DNA of 64,000 bases from Podarcis melisellensis (taxonomy: Eukaryota): NCBI GenBank assembly GCA_964234715.1, contig OZ174291.1. One strand, written 5' to 3'. The notes under the pieces were generated by a model that saw only the letters and a program-made list of their open reading frames with translations, made no database searches and was not told where the DNA came from. Shown one piece after another: positions 1 to 12,855 of this stretch. The translations under genes and the position numbers were made by a program. Numbering within the stretch: position 1 is the stretch's first letter; every line of letters starts with the position of its first letter.

Positions 1-551
1 ACCAGCCAATTCTACACTGATTCATGATCAGAGGCAGTGATGCTTCTGAACACCAGTTGGTAGAAACCACAGAAAGGGAGAGTGCTTCTATGCTCAGTTT
101 CGGTTTCCCGGTTTCCTATAGGCATATGGTTGGCCTCTGTGAAAAGAAGATGCTGAATTAGATGCATCACTAGCCTGACTCTCCTCTTGTTCTTATCATC
201 TTTGGATTACATCCTGTACGCAGGTTGGGGAAGTGTTTCCTTTCCTCTGTCCAGAATCTATTGGCCATGAATCTCAGTTGGCCTACCAATATCTTCTATA
301 GTGCTGAGAGATCATTACTAGCACAAATTTTGGGGAAATATGAGACAGGGGGCTGATATACACATACAGAACCTGAAGACGACAAAGCTTCATATCTCAC
401 ATGTGAGTCCAGAAATGCTATTGTTTAGTTTGCGGAACACCCTATACTCATCTATTGAAAAGTGGAACTTATTTGGGTTCTTTCTATTTTCTGGAAGTGA
501 ACAGGACTGGGATGAAGAAATCGAGGAAATGTTTCCTCTGAGCTTCCAGTT

Positions 552-687
552 CAGGCATAGGCAACCTCGGCCCTCCAGATGTTTTGGGACTACAACTACC
601 ATGATCCCTAGCTAACAGGACCAGTGGTCAGGGATGATGGGAATTGTAGTCCCAAGTCATCTGGAGGGCCGAGGTTGCCTATGCCTG
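552..687. mobile_element. hAT-type MITE (palindromic)
   Basis: Long terminal inverted repeats CAGGCATAGGCAACCTCGGCCCTCCAGATG.../...CATCTGGAGGGCCGAGGTTGCCTATGCCTG; 8-bp TSD TTCCAGTT/TTTCAGTT. Confidence 0.8.
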
Positions 688-1410
688 TTTCAGTTCATTG
701 CTGTTTTTCAATTCCTCAAATTAAAGGCACATTTCTCGGTTATTTAATATTTGCATTGGAAAAAGTCCTGCTGAATCAAGTCAAAGGTCCATTATAGTCC
801 AGCATCTGTGGCCAAGATGTTCTTGGGGAGTCAAAATATAGATCCTAAAAGCAGCAGCTCCCAACCCCTACATATGATTCCCAAAACTAGTATTCAGAGG
901 CATACTGCCTCTTTTCCCCCACAAAGATTTTTTTTCAAAGTTTCCTCAATACAATAAAATAGCATCTAGAAGAAATAGAATCAAAACAGAGCATTTGACT
1001 GCAGTATTCTGTTATCTCAATGCATGTCCGTGGAAAAACACTGCAGGGCCAGAGCCAATACCCTCACAGGTGCCTTCCCCTGTACCTCAGTGCTTTAGCA
1101 GTGCATAATGTGCTATTTCATAGCAAGTGGGAGACTGTGAAATGCAAGACCTCAAGCCAGGGTGTTGGCCTTTTAAGAATCTGAAGTCTCCACTAGGGGG
1201 CAGAGCCTAGAGGAGGTAGTCTCTAGGCAGAGGCTTGACAGAACTCAGACTGCTCTCTGACTCTGTTGGAGCAACTTACTCACTTGGAGCTACCTGACAT
1301 CCAAGGAAGCTGCCTTTTGGAAGATTCACGACAGATAAAGGAAAGCACATCTTCATACACTGAGTAGTTAAACTATGGGACTCACTCCTGCAAGAGGCAG
1401 TGATCACCAT

Positions 1411-2139
1411 TGTGATAGGAATGTTGAGGTCTTAGATATATGTTAAATGTTCATAAGTGTGCCAACCAAGCACATACATAGATCAGCACAGGAAGACCGA
1501 CCTGGAACCATTTTGATTCCCAAACTGTCCCAAACTGACCAAATGTTTTCTCTGCAAGGTCAAAGGAAAATGGAAAAGCCTCCCCAGTGTCTTTTCCTTC
1601 ACAAATCCTGTCTTAAGGGTATGTCTGTGTTTGAATAGGGTGTGAGCCTGTGACCTGGCCCAGGAACTAAGTATTTATCATTACAAAAGACTGGCCAGGC
1701 TACCCAGGAAATCCAATCAAATAACCTGCCAGACAGGAGATAAACAACAACAGGAGAAAAACAACATTCAAATTTCTGTTTTAAGACTGCCTTTTCTGTG
1801 ATGCAGGTGTGATGTATCTGAGGGGTGGTATTAGGTTACACCCCTTCTGTGATGTATGTATGATGTTTCTGGGGGTGGTCTTGATCTACAGGGTGACAAT
1901 TTCAAAAGTCTTTATAAGGCCTTGCATGCCATTTTTCTGGGTTCCTCCTCCTCTCCTGCGGGTGAGGAGAGCACCCTGTTGCAACAGATCAATAAAGATC
2001 AAACTTACTAGCTGCTTTGCTTCTCAATATTCTCTGGTTGGCCTCTGTTATTCTCTCCTACCAATAGGGAACCTATGTAAGGACTCTATATGGGCTCTCT
2101 ATACCCCATAAGGGAAAAGGGTAATTTTTGTTTACAACA
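1411..2139 (+). mobile_element. Solo LTR, probably ERV-type
   Basis: TG...CA ends, internal TATA (~1911) and AATAAA (~1992), 4-bp TSD CCAT/CCAC; interrupts an old LINE 3'-end-like repeat. Confidence 0.65.
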
Positions 2140-2329
2140 CCACCAACTTGGGTAGCTTTAAAAGAGAAATGGAGGGGGGAATCATGGGGGATAAAGCTAT
2201 CAGTGGATACTGGACACAATGGCTATACTCTGCCTTCATAGTTGGAGGTAGTAATGTCTTTGAATATGAGTTGCTGTAAGCCACAGGAAGGCACAGGGTT
2301 CTTGTGCTTGAGTCCAGCTTGAGGGTTCC

Positions 2330-2641
2330 TGTTATGTACTGAGCTGAATCCTAGAACCATAGGATCCAGAATGCAGCAGTCTGATTGGTCCGCAGGAGCC
2401 ACCCAATCGAGCTCCAGGTGGAAGTGAATCAGCAGGAGCAGGAGCAGCCAATCAGGCCTCTGGAGGAGGTGAATCCACAACCTGATTGGCCTACAGGAGC
2501 AGCCCGGAATTAGCCAGTCACACGTGGCCCATTGTGTGAATCATGTATATATAGCTAGACATTTTGGGGAAAGTTTTATTCATTGCTACTATAAGCTGAA
2601 TAAAGAGCATGAAATTCACACTCGACTCCGAGTATATTTCA
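2330..2641 (+). mobile_element. Short solo LTR (Gypsy-like)
   Basis: TGTTATG...TTTCA ends, perfect 5-bp TSD GTTCC (2325-2329/2642-2646), internal CCAAT-like boxes, TATATA and AATAAA. Confidence 0.75.
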
Positions 2642-4014
2642 GTTCCCCATAGGGATCTGGCTGGACACTGTGAGAAACAGGATTCCAGACTAGATGGGTC
2701 ATTGGCTTGATCTAGCAGGGCTTTTCATATATGTTCCTGGGACTTCTGACCTGCCTGGTTTCCTTGATCTACAATAAAGAATTTAAAGTATGCACATTTT
2801 CGTCCATTTCAGCCTCTGTGTATTCCTTAAAGACATCGTAAGAGTAGTTAGACTGTTCCAATGCTTCCAACATTAGTTTGTTCTCTGACCATGTTCCTGA
2901 TATCTAGGTGTTTAGTTAGTAATATGAGAGGGACTCGGTGTGCATAGTACTTTATGTACATAGGCAGTGCTTTTTTTCTTCCTAATAAAAATTCTTTAGG
3001 GGGTACTCTCATTTTGACTCCAGAAAAATCACCATTATATAGTTCAAATCGGGAAAATAAATACAGTAAATGGACAAAAGCACAAAGATTCACAAGATGT
3101 TTAGGGGTATGCGTCCCCCTGCGTCCTCGTCCCCCCCGAAAAAGCACTATGCATAGGGACTTGTGTAGAGGAACCTGCCTGTTACCAAATGCTATTCAGA
3201 CCTTTGTAAATTAAAATTGGCATCTTGGAAACATACCAACAGCTGGTGCACTTGGCAAAACAGGAATAGCATTTATTTATTTTTAAATAAAACATGGGCA
3301 TATTTACTTATGTTAGGTTATTATAGCCTTGTTCAGCTAACAAAGATAATCGGATTAGAACAGGGTGGGACTGCTTTATATTCTCTCAGAGGAAAACTGG
3401 AACACTCTCATATACTTGCAGTGCTCCAAATCCTCAGTGCCCATGCATGCACATATATTTATATGTACATGAGCACTTGTCTAAAGTCAATAAATATCAA
3501 TTTCCATCCCAGAGGTTTAACTTGATGGATAGCAACCACAAAGGCCATATCCTATTCTGGATAACACCCCACTCCTAAACAGGGAATACACCATAACTCA
3601 GTGGTAGAACATCTGTTTTACAGGTAGAAGGTATCAGATCCCCTGCCTTAAACCATGAAGAGACACCACCAGTCGGTGCAGATAGTATTGAGCTATGTAG
3701 ACCATTCCTCTCCTGCTCAAGAAAGCATCTTTATGCCATATGTTTGTTTTATCACTGCCAGCTTGATGTCACGCTATCATTCCTTTGTCATACTCTTATA
3801 AGTGCTTTCAGCTCTGATTTCAAAATAACCAGGGCACCAAGCCAATGAAGCATTAATCACCCACAATTAATAAATGCCTTGTTGATGAGAGATATGGATT
3901 AAGCAGGGGAATACTGATTGGAAAGGAGGAATACAAAAGGATGTCATCACTACATTAGGAATCAGCTGGTGTTTAGAGATGCCTCACTTCCCCTGGGATG
4001 GGTCGATGGCACTG

Positions 4015-4087
4015 TATAAAACAGGAGAGGGTTCTTCACTCCTTCACTGGAACTTGTTCTTCTAAGGAACTACCACTGCTGAACAAG
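4015..4087 (+). promoter_or_regulatory. TATA box and non-coding exon 1 of the 5218-5421 gene
   Basis: TATAAAA at 4015, GTTCTTCACT initiator-like motif shared with downstream paralogous promoters, donor AAG|GTAAGG at 4088; acceptor TTTACAG ends 5194. Confidence 0.75.
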
Positions 4088-5217
4088 GTAAGGAGTTTAT
4101 TATTATTCATGCAAGATGTGGTAGGGTATGAGAGTTGGATATTTGCACTTCCCCCTCCAAATTCAGCAATTATTCTGTGTTGGGATGGACAGAATTTCAA
4201 ACTATCCATTAGAGATAGGCATGGAGACCCCCTTCTAAAACAACATTGGAACCATGTTCTTCCATATACTTGCTCCTTGGTGACCCATCCCAAAGAATCT
4301 GACAGAAAAAAAAAACAGAATTGCTTTATTGGTTCTTTACGCTTGTATCCTACCTTTCCCCCAGGGATCTTAAGGGAGTGTAGATGGTTCACACAAGAGC
4401 TCTGTAGAGATTTAGGGTGAAAGAGAGTGATAGGCCAAGGGCTGACCCCCCCTACCCAGTGAACTTCATGATGACCAAGTGGTAATTTGAACCATGGGTT
4501 CCTGTGTCCTAGTCCAACACTTTAACCACTAAGCTACAATGGCTGTAGATGCTGTCTTCAATGCCAGACCAGTGTAGCAAATATGGAGTGGGAGGACAAT
4601 AGCAACAGGTGTTGAATAGGTTTGAGGTGTTCATCAATGTCAATCTTTGCCAAGTCTTAAGGTGGGGAGGTAGTCTGGATGTGTCCAAGTTTTCTCAGTC
4701 TTTGGGAAGGAGGGGATTGTCTACCAACTGGCAGAAAGAAGCTCACCTGCATCTCATGCAGAGGTTTCTCCCAGCTCAAACTGAAGATGTCAGGAATTGA
4801 AACTGGGACCTTCTGCATGCAAAACAGCCGCTGTGCCACTGAACTATGACTGTTCTCCAAGACATAGAACTGGTATTGAAGGGTGTTGAAGAATCATTCA
4901 GAGACTGGTGGATCACACAGAGCACTAGCAGGATCCTGATGAGTCTAATTCCAGTCTATGTATCAAGTCTACGTGCAGCCCATCACCCTGATTGCATGGC
5001 CCCTAGATTCATGACACAAACCTGACTGTTTTTTGCAATCCCAGTCAAGCAGCAAAGACGTGACATCTCATGAGCTCATGATGGGTCATGATAGGAGACC
5101 TACTGGTGGCCAGAATAGAAGCCTGATCTAAACGATATGTTTTGAAAAGTGTTGTGTGGTTCCTCCTCCAACCATCTCTCTGTCTCCTTTACAGGTTCAC
5201 CCTTCTACTCTTTAAAA

Positions 5218-5421
5218 ATGAGTTGCTGCTGTTGTAGAGGTCGTGGCTGCTGCTGTTGCAACCAACGTAGGCCAAGAGTGGTCTACTATGTCAGGAGGCA
5301 GGTCCCCATTTCATCCAGCTGTTGTGGCCGCCGATATTCTTACGTCCCTTCACGAATTTGCTGCTCTCGTGGATCTCAGCTCCCCATCCAGCAGTGCTGC
5401 CCACCAGGGAAGAGATGCTAA
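5218..5421 (+). CDS. 67-aa Cys/Arg-rich EDC (SEDC-type) protein with CCCC motifs (possibly EDCM-like)
   Basis: MSCCCCRGRGCCCC...RVVYYVRR...QQCCPPGKRC; ATG 23 nt after a pyrimidine-rich AG acceptor; 15 Cys, 12 Arg, no acidic residue; Q/K/C-rich C-terminus typical of EDC proteins; ATTAAA at ~5710. Confidence 0.85.
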   Translation: MSCCCCRGRGCCCCNQRRPRVVYYVRRQVPISSSCCGRRYSYVPSRICCSRGSQLPIQQCCPPGKRC

Positions 5422-6124
5422 ATAAATCTTTGCCGGCATTGAGAAACGCTTGAAATCTCCATCTCGACAGCCGGGTGGAGAAACCCCATCATGGAGAACC
5501 CCGATTTGAAAACCTGTTTGTTCACCTCTTGCAATCGCATGTTGCTGAGTTAAATGCTTGAAACCTTCCTCACCACCATGATCACATCCTCTGCTCAAAT
5601 GAACAATTTCCATTTGCTTTATTCCTTGGAACGAATTCCTGAATTAGTTCCTAACAATTGAATGAGAGGGGATACCATGCTTTTGAGCCACATGGTGTGC
5701 AAAGCAAACATTAAAAAAAAAATTGTGAAATTAAATAAGTTCTCATTGTCTTAATACTTCACCCCCACATCATCACCTCTTGTCTGCAAACTACATCTCA
5801 GGCCCTTTTAACAATCCAGACAATCCAGGATTTCCCAGGGACAATCCTAGATTTACAGAAGCCGTCCCAGTTTCTGATTTGATCCTGGAATGTCCCACTT
5901 TTCCTTTGGACGTCCCTATTTTCTTTGGGGAAAGGTTGGAGGGTATGGAGTTATGCAACCCCTGAGCCAAGGAGATAAGTAGCTATACAGCCTTTAGAAG
6001 GCATCTGAAGGCAGTCCTATATAGGGAAATTTTAAAGTTTAATGTTTTATTATGTTTTTACATATGTTGGAAACCACCCAGTCAAATGGGTGATGTATTA
6101 CTATTACTATTACTATTACTATTA

Positions 6125-6353
6125 TAGTGGTAGATCTGGTTACGTACTTAATTTGTTCCGGAGGTCCGTTCTTAACCTGAAACTGTTATTAACCTGAGGT
6201 ACCATTTTAGCTAATGGGGCCTCCTGCTGCTGCTGCTCTGCCACCGCTGCGCGATTTCTGTTCTCATCCTGAAACAAAGTTCTTAACCTGAGGTACTATT
6301 TCTGGGTTAGCGGAGTCTGTAACCTGAAGCGCATGTAACCCGAGGTACCACTG
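6125..6353. mobile_element. Tc1/mariner (Tigger-like) MITE
   Basis: (C/T)AGTGGTA...TACCACTG ends with TA flanks; same family as 13345-13580. Confidence 0.7.
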
Positions 6354-6887
6354 TACTATTATTAAGGCTGTCCCTATTTTCATTGGGAAAATGTTGGAGG
6401 GCATGAACAATCAATCCCTTTCACCAGGGAATTCTAGGGATTGTAGCTCTGTGAGGGGAATGCTCAGCATCCTTAACAAACTATAGTTCACGGGTGTCAG
6501 ATAGGCCAGACTTCAAGGGAATACGAACTCCCTCCCTCACGACTGGATGCCAGAAACAGGAATCAAGAGGTCTTACCAAGGTATTTATTTAAGAATCACA
6601 GAGACATGGAAAGTGCAACCACTCGAAAGATGGCGTTGCTCCAACTGGGCTGCTCCCCACTCCCTTCTTAACAACAGCACTTCTTCTTACGGTGGCTGCC
6701 AGGGGTCAATTGTCCCTGACTCTTTTGCTCTTGCACTTTCAATGCAGGGCCAGATTTAGGTTTGATGAGGCCCTAAGCTACTGAAGGTAGTGGGGCCCTT
6801 TATATGTCCAGCTGTCCTTTGTCAACAACAGATTGTCACTATTTTTTTGTATTGAATATGGTAATTTATGGACCTATAGGTATCTAA

Positions 6888-7244
6888 GGGACGCGGGTGG
6901 CGCTGTGGGTAAAACCTCAGTGCCTAGGACTTGCCGATCGCATGGTCGGCGGTTCGAATCCCCATGGCGGGGTGCGCTCCCATCGTTCGGTCCCAGCGCC
7001 TGCCAACCTAGCAGTTTGAAAGCACCTCCGGGTGCAAGGAGATAAATAGGGACAGCTTACCAGCGGGAAGGTAAACGGCGTTCTGTGTGCTGCGCTGGCT
7101 CGTCAGATGCAGCTGGCCACGCTGGCCACGTGACCCAGAAGTGTCTGCGGACAGCGCTGGCTCCCGGCCTATAGAGTGAGATGAGCGCACAACCCTAGAG
7201 TCTGGCAAGACTGGCCCAAACGGGCAGGGGTACCTTTACCTTTT
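6888..7244 (+). mobile_element. Sauria SINE
   Basis: GGGACGCGGGTGGCGCTGTGG tRNA-like head, GGTTCGAATCCC B-box, (ACCTTT)n tail, 13-bp TSD TATAGGTATCTAA. Confidence 0.9.
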
Positions 7245-8014
7245 TATAGGTATCTAAAACCATTTGCACATGTTGCCATGCAACCAGTCCATGCAGAATG
7301 TAGGCACCCTATATATAGAAATGAGCAAACCTGAGATATTTGAGGGAGCAGGCTAGCAGGCGAGGCCCACGACTTACACCGTAGGAGCCAACACAACACA
7401 GTTTGCCTATGCCTGGGTTATAGTTTTAAATTGTAAAATATTACTTTGGATGTATAGTGCAGATGGGACCTAAAAGTCACCTGCCAGGTCTTTCAGCTTC
7501 TATATGTAAACTTGGGGTTGGTGGATGCCATTTTGTCCATCACAAGGCACAGAGGTAAACAATGGAGCATGTTCCCATAGGCCATCAACATGGATGGCTT
7601 TAAAAGAGGATTAGAAAGATTCACGGAGGATAAGGCTATCTCCATGGTCGAAGGCAACAATGCTTATGAATGCCAGAGAGTGCTCCTGTGCTTGATACCT
7701 TGTGGGCTCCATTTTGAGGCATCTGGGTGGCCATTTTGAGAGGAAGATTCCCCCAAAGGAAGGAAGAACTGTAACACAGTGGTAGAACAGCTCTTTTGCA
7801 TGCAGAAGGACACAGGTTCAGTCCCCAGAGTGCGGCCGCCAGTCAGTGTGCATCTTATAATGAAATGCCTCCGTACAAAATGGCTTGAGAATTGGAATTG
7901 TCAGTATTTTCTTCTTCTTAAATAACTGAAGGATGGGGGGATATTGAGGCAGATTTGAACCAGTAATCATTTGAATCTACTTTTCCTCAGCCCACAAGGT
8001 AAACCATCAGCCTT

Positions 8015-8169
8015 NNNNNNNNNNNNNNNNNNNNNNNNNNNNNNNNNNNNNNNNNNNNNNNNNNNNNNNNNNNNNNNNNNNNNNNNNNNNNNNNNNNNNN
8101 NNNNNNNNNNNNNNNNNNNNNNNNNNNNNNNNNNNNNNNNNNNNNNNNNNNNNNNNNNNNNNNNNNNNN
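8015..8169. other. Assembly gap (N run)
   Basis: 155 Ns. Confidence 1.
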
Positions 8170-8824
8170 TAGGGAAAATAATTGCCCCATCCTTGAAGGG
8201 GAATTTATGTGAGGTTCAGGGTGTTGTCATGAGGTAATTTTGAGGGGAATATCTGGGAAAGAATAAGAACAAATGCTTGGGCTAAGAAATTGCCAATAAG
8301 GAATTGGTGCATTAGATTTCCACTGAGGGAAAAGAGAAGTGGAGTTTACCTCATCAGGCTCTTTGCAGTCAAGTGGCTTCTAGAAGTGAAGGGGAAGGAA
8401 TGTGAGGGCAAAGATACCTCCTTGTATCCCTGGTTGTGCATACAGAAAATCTTAATGAATAAAAAAGGCAGACTCGGGAGTATGGTAGCTTTCATGATTT
8501 TTTAATTTTTATTATTGTCTGCACATGTAGTTGGAGAAAGCATGCATTATAGCTGAGGACCCTAGAACACCAAGAGGAAAATCAAAACACCATCTATGCT
8601 ACATACAATAGGCTCCTTTGCTGATGAGAAGGCTGTTGAAGGAATAATAGGAAACAAAGAAGAAGGAGATTCGAAGTAGTGACTGAAGGAGCCTGGGGAG
8701 AAGCTTCAGGCAATTCATCCTTTGTAATCAAGTAACCCAGCAGCCTTAACAACCAATGCTGTTGGTCACTACTCCGGTTGTTGCATCGACTGCTTCTGGA
8801 CTTCGTTTGACTCTGGACGGTCCT

Positions 8825-9427
8825 TTAGCACTTCTTGGTGCCACAACCTTTAGTGGCACAGCAGGGGGCACAGCATGTCTGGCTGCAGCAGGGAGAGCAG
8901 CAAGATTTGCAACTGCTGCATGGAGAGCAACAAGACTGGCCACAGCAGGACTGGCCACAGCAAGGGGAGCAGCAGGACTGGCCACAGCAGGGGGAGCAGC
9001 AAGACTGGCCACAGCAGGACTGACCACAGCAGGGGGAGCAGCAAGACTGGCCACAGCAGGACTGACCACAGCAAGGGGAGCAGCAGGACTGGCCACAGCA
9101 GGGGGAACAGCAGGACTGGCCACAGCAGGGGGAGCAGCAGGACTGGCCACAGCAGGACTGGCCACAGCAGGGGGAGCAGCAAGACTGGCCACAACAGGAC
9201 TGACCACAGCAGGGGGAGCAGCAGGACTGTCCACAGCAGGACTGTCCACAGCAGGGGGAGCAGCAGGACTGGCCACAGCAGGACTGGCCACAGCAGGGGG
9301 AGCAGCAGGACTGGCCACAGCAGGACTGGCCACAGCAGGGGGAGCAGCAGGACTGGCCACAACAGGGCACAGGGCAGCACAGGACAGCTGTCCCGCAGGA
9401 TGAAGAGCAGCAATCGTTACAGCCCAT
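8825..9427 (-). CDS. 200-aa ultra-high-sulfur repeat protein (EDCRP-like EDC protein)
   Basis: MGCNDCC..., central array of 20x CCGQS and 12x CCSP, ends ...GCGTKKC; 82/200 Cys; acceptor AG at 9449-9450, donor GTAAG at 10147, CATAAAA at ~10211-10217, AATAAA at 8508-8513 (minus). Confidence 0.9.
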   Translation of the reverse strand: MGCNDCCSSSCGTAVLCCPVPCCGQSCCSPCCGQSCCGQSCCSPCCGQSCCGQSCCSPCCGQSCCGQSCCSPCCGQSCCGQSCCSPCCGQSCCGQSCCSPCCGQSCCSPCCGQSCCSPCCGQSCCGQSCCSPCCGQSCCGQSCCSPCCGQSCCSPCCGQSCCGQSCCSPCSSCKSCCSPCCSQTCCAPCCATKGCGTKKC

Positions 9428-10147
9428 CTTTTGTGAGTGACGGCAAAGCTGAAAGAGAACCAAAAGGATACATTCTCTCTCGCTCTCTCACCGTCCCTTG
9501 TAGGGGCTGCCGCCTCTGCTCACCCCACTCACCAACCCAGCTGTTAATTTCCCTTCCCTCACATTTGGCCAATTCATCCTCCCTTTACACGAAAACCCCT
9601 CCCCTTAAATCTACCCCCTCTACTACCCCCTCAAAGCTCATCCCAACCCCAACCCTATTTATCTGAAGAAGGAAGAGGCTTCGGAAAGTGGTTTGCCAAA
9701 CCGCTCTCTGAAGCACCTCCCACTCTGCTTTAAACAATGCAGTCTACGCCACAACGTTTTGTTGTATCTAGCTTGTTGTGCAAAGTAGAATATAGGAATG
9801 CAGTAGAGGGATGGAAACATAGGATGCTGTCTTATGCTGAGACAGACCATCATTCCACTGAGCTCAGTATTGTCTGCACTGCCGGATAGCATCTCTCTAG
9901 GGTTTCATAACTGGGGTCAATTCCTATCCCTACTTGGAGATACCGAAGACTGAACCTAGAATCTTCGACATGCAAAGCACATACTCTACCACTGAGCTTC
10001 GGTCCTTCCAGGCAGATAATGGGCTGAGCGGAGAGTTCAGAACTCACTTACACTAGATTATCACATTGTGAAGGAAGGACTCCAATTCTGTCAAAGGTTC
10101 TTCCCACTTCCTTGCTTTTAAAATACAAAAGAATCAGTGGAACTTAC

Positions 10148-10217
10148 CAGTTGTGGTAGACTGTGAAGTCAATGAGGTAATGTGAGTGAAGGACAGAGGG
10201 ATGGGAGTCCTTTTATG
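10148..10217 (-). promoter_or_regulatory. Variant TATA (CATAAAA) and non-coding exon 1 of the 8825-9427 gene
   Basis: Minus strand CATAAAAGG ... CTTCACTCAC ... CTG|GTAAGT, same layout as the other genes. Confidence 0.7.
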
Positions 10218-10567
10218 CAGGTCCACAAGCCCATCCCCAAGGAAGTGAGGCAACTTAAAAGCATGCCCAGTTCTTCCTTGGCCATCCAAGCTCATTGCCA
10301 TCCGCTGCGCCATCATCCGGTCTGTAATCCTTCTTGGGATCTTGTTGTATTTGTGATGAACAAAGTATATTTGGGGCCTATTATTTAACTTAGGTTCAGC
10401 TAATAACACTGTAATTTCCCCATGTGTCTAAGAGGCACTCAAAGGATTAATGTAATAGAAAGAATATTTAGCATTTCACTCAGTGACAACAGACTCTGAT
10501 TCATGAGCCGGAAGGTCTTATCCCACTGGAGATGCATGCGCAAAATGTCATCCCCCTCCCATTAGGA

Positions 10568-10703
10568 CAGTGTTTCCCAACCTTGGGCCTCCAGCTGTTT
10601 TTGGACTACAACTCCCATCATCCCTAGCTAGCGAGACCAGTGGTCAGGGATGATGGGAATTGTAGTTCAAAAACAGCTGGAGGCCCAAGGTTGGGAAACA
10701 CTG
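10568..10703. mobile_element. hAT-type MITE
   Basis: TIRs CAGTGTTTCCCAACCTTGGGCCTCCAGCTG, perfect 8-bp TSD CATTAGGA; internal sequence related to 552-687. Confidence 0.85.
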
Positions 10704-10836
10704 CATTAGGAGATACATGTGACTTTTCAGGTAAGTTATACTTATTGAGGAAATATGACACCCAGCAATGTCAAGTTGCCAGTGTACATGGGGGGACAGT
10801 GACAATATTTAAATAATCCTGATCTATGGTATTGAT

Positions 10837-11190
10837 GGATGCGGGCGGCACTGTGGTCTGAACCACAGAGCTTAGGGCTTGCCGATAAGAAGGTTGGCAG
10901 TTAAAATCCCCGTGATGGGGTGAGCTCCCGTTGCTCGGTCCCTGCTCCTGCCAACCTAGCAGTTCGAAAGCACATCAAAGTTCAAGTAGATAAATAGGTA
11001 CCACTCCAGTGGGAAGGTGAATGGCATTTCCGTGCGCTGCTCTGGTTCACCAGAAGTGGCTTAGTCATGCTGGCCACATGACCCGGAAGCTGTACGCCAG
11101 CTCCCTCGGCCAGCAAAGCAAGATGAGCGCCACAACCCCAGAGTCGTCTGCGACTGGACCTAACGGTCAGGGGGGTCCCTTTACCTTTAC
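10837..11190 (+). mobile_element. Sauria SINE
   Basis: Head GGATGCGGGCGGCACTGTGG, core GTAGATAAATAGGTAC, tail CCTTTACCTTTAC. Confidence 0.85.
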
Positions 11191-12231
11191 TAGATATATC
11201 CATGAAGGATCAGGTTGTCAATTTCTGCTAACATTGATGACTATGTTCTCCTTCCACTGTAAGTATGCCTGTGAAAGCCATTTATTGGGGAACCTAATTG
11301 GATAGAATTGCTGTTCCATTCATATTCTGTTTTGCTTGTCAATTTCCCCAGAGGCCTTTGGTTTACCACCATGAGAAGAAGATGCTGGACTAGATTTATC
11401 CAGCAACGCTTTTCTTGTGTAACTTGCAACTTTGCTTATGGAACTTTCCATGCTTGTAATGTGGGAGATTACTGATTACTGTTTGTCAACCTAGCATAGT
11501 ACTATGAACTGAAACACTTCCTAAAACTCTTAGTCCCATTTCCTGTTCATCTCCAGGACTTGGGCAGGGGAGATTTGGCTGAAATCCAACTAAGTTCTAT
11601 TCAGCATAGACTCAGTGAAATACGTAATTCATTCCCATGAACTTCAGTGTAGGATTAGCAGTGGATACAACCCATAATAAATAACAACATATGTTGTTAG
11701 TCTCCATTTCACATTGGGTCTAGTTAGAATAGTCAGTGGTCAGGGATGCTGGGAACTGGTGTCCAACAGCATCTGGTGAGGGAGTCTCTAATTTGGGTGA
11801 TAACAACCACGATATTCAGCCTCGTTGGTTGTTTTTGTGTGTGTGTGAGCTTCTAATTTACTCCTCAGTCTAGTTCATACTTCTAAGCACATGCTGGTTA
11901 GACCTGAGAATTGCTCTGCTATTAGTATAAGATGTTGTTAATGATATGCTATTAGCCAACCTTTTAATGAAAGGTGTGAATATAGACAAAAAGAGAGGAG
12001 TGGAATGTGCTGTGCTAGAAAGACATCGCCTTTACTTAACCTGAATTTGCCACTGTTGGTGGTGTATCACTTCCTAAGGAAGGTCAAGTTGCAACAAGAA
12101 CCCTCTGTGTCAGGTGGCAGAGAAACAAACCTCCGCAGCAGGTTGCTAGGAATGGACAAGACAAGGAAAAGTCCTTACCATCTGATTTTATCCAAAATTC
12201 ACAGAGAGAGGCTCGGGAATCCATCCTCTTG

Positions 12232-12855
12232 GAATAATAATAATAACCCTGGATGAGTTTCCCCAGCCACTCTGGGCGGCTCCCAATCGAGTGTTAAAAA
12301 CAATACAGCATTAAATATTAAAAACTTCCTTAAACAGGGCTGCCTCCAGATGTCTTTAAAAAATAAGATAGCTATTATTTCCTTCACATCTGAAGGGAGG
12401 GCGTTCCACTACCGAGAAGGCCCTCTGCCTGGTTCCCTGTAACCTCACTTCTCTCAATGAGGGAACCGCCAGAAGGCCTTCGGAGCTGGACCTCAGTGTC
12501 CGAGCTGAACGATGGGGGTGGAGACACTCCTTCAGGTATACAGGACCGAGGCCATTTAGGGCTTTAAAGGTCAGCAACAACACTTTGAATTGTGCTCGGA
12601 AATGTACTGGGAGCCAATGCAGATCTCTCAGGACTGGTGTTATGTGGTCCTGGCAGCCACTCCCAGTCACCAGTCTAGCTGCCGCATTCTGGATTAATTG
12701 CAGTTTCCAGGTCATCTTCACAGCCCCACGTAGAACTCATTGCAGTAGCCCAAGCAGGAGATAATCAGAGCATGCACCACTCTGGCGAGACAGTCCGCAG
12801 GCAGGTAGGGTCTCAGCCTGCGTACCAGGTGGAGCTGGTAGACAACCTCCCTGGA
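12232..12855 (-). mobile_element. L2 LINE 3' fragment inside an LTR-like repeat (~12109-13218)
   Basis: ORF 12356-12721 has L2 ORF2 C-terminal motifs LQLIQNAAARLVTG and HITPVLRDLHWLPV..R..FK; (TTA)n tail. Confidence 0.85.

Noticed and set aside
7971-8237. ORFs spanning the N run
   Set aside because: Artefacts of the assembly gap
8890-9365. CRISPR-like repeat array
   Set aside because: Eukaryotic coding minisatellite without unique spacers
8746-9666. Long overlapping ORFs (Ala/Pro-, Leu/Trp-, Gln-, Ser/Arg-rich) around the repeat gene
   Set aside because: Alternate-frame and antisense shadows of the stop-free TGC/TGT repeat; only the Cys frame has a Kozak-like ATG after a splice acceptor, an upstream exon 1/TATA and a poly(A) signal
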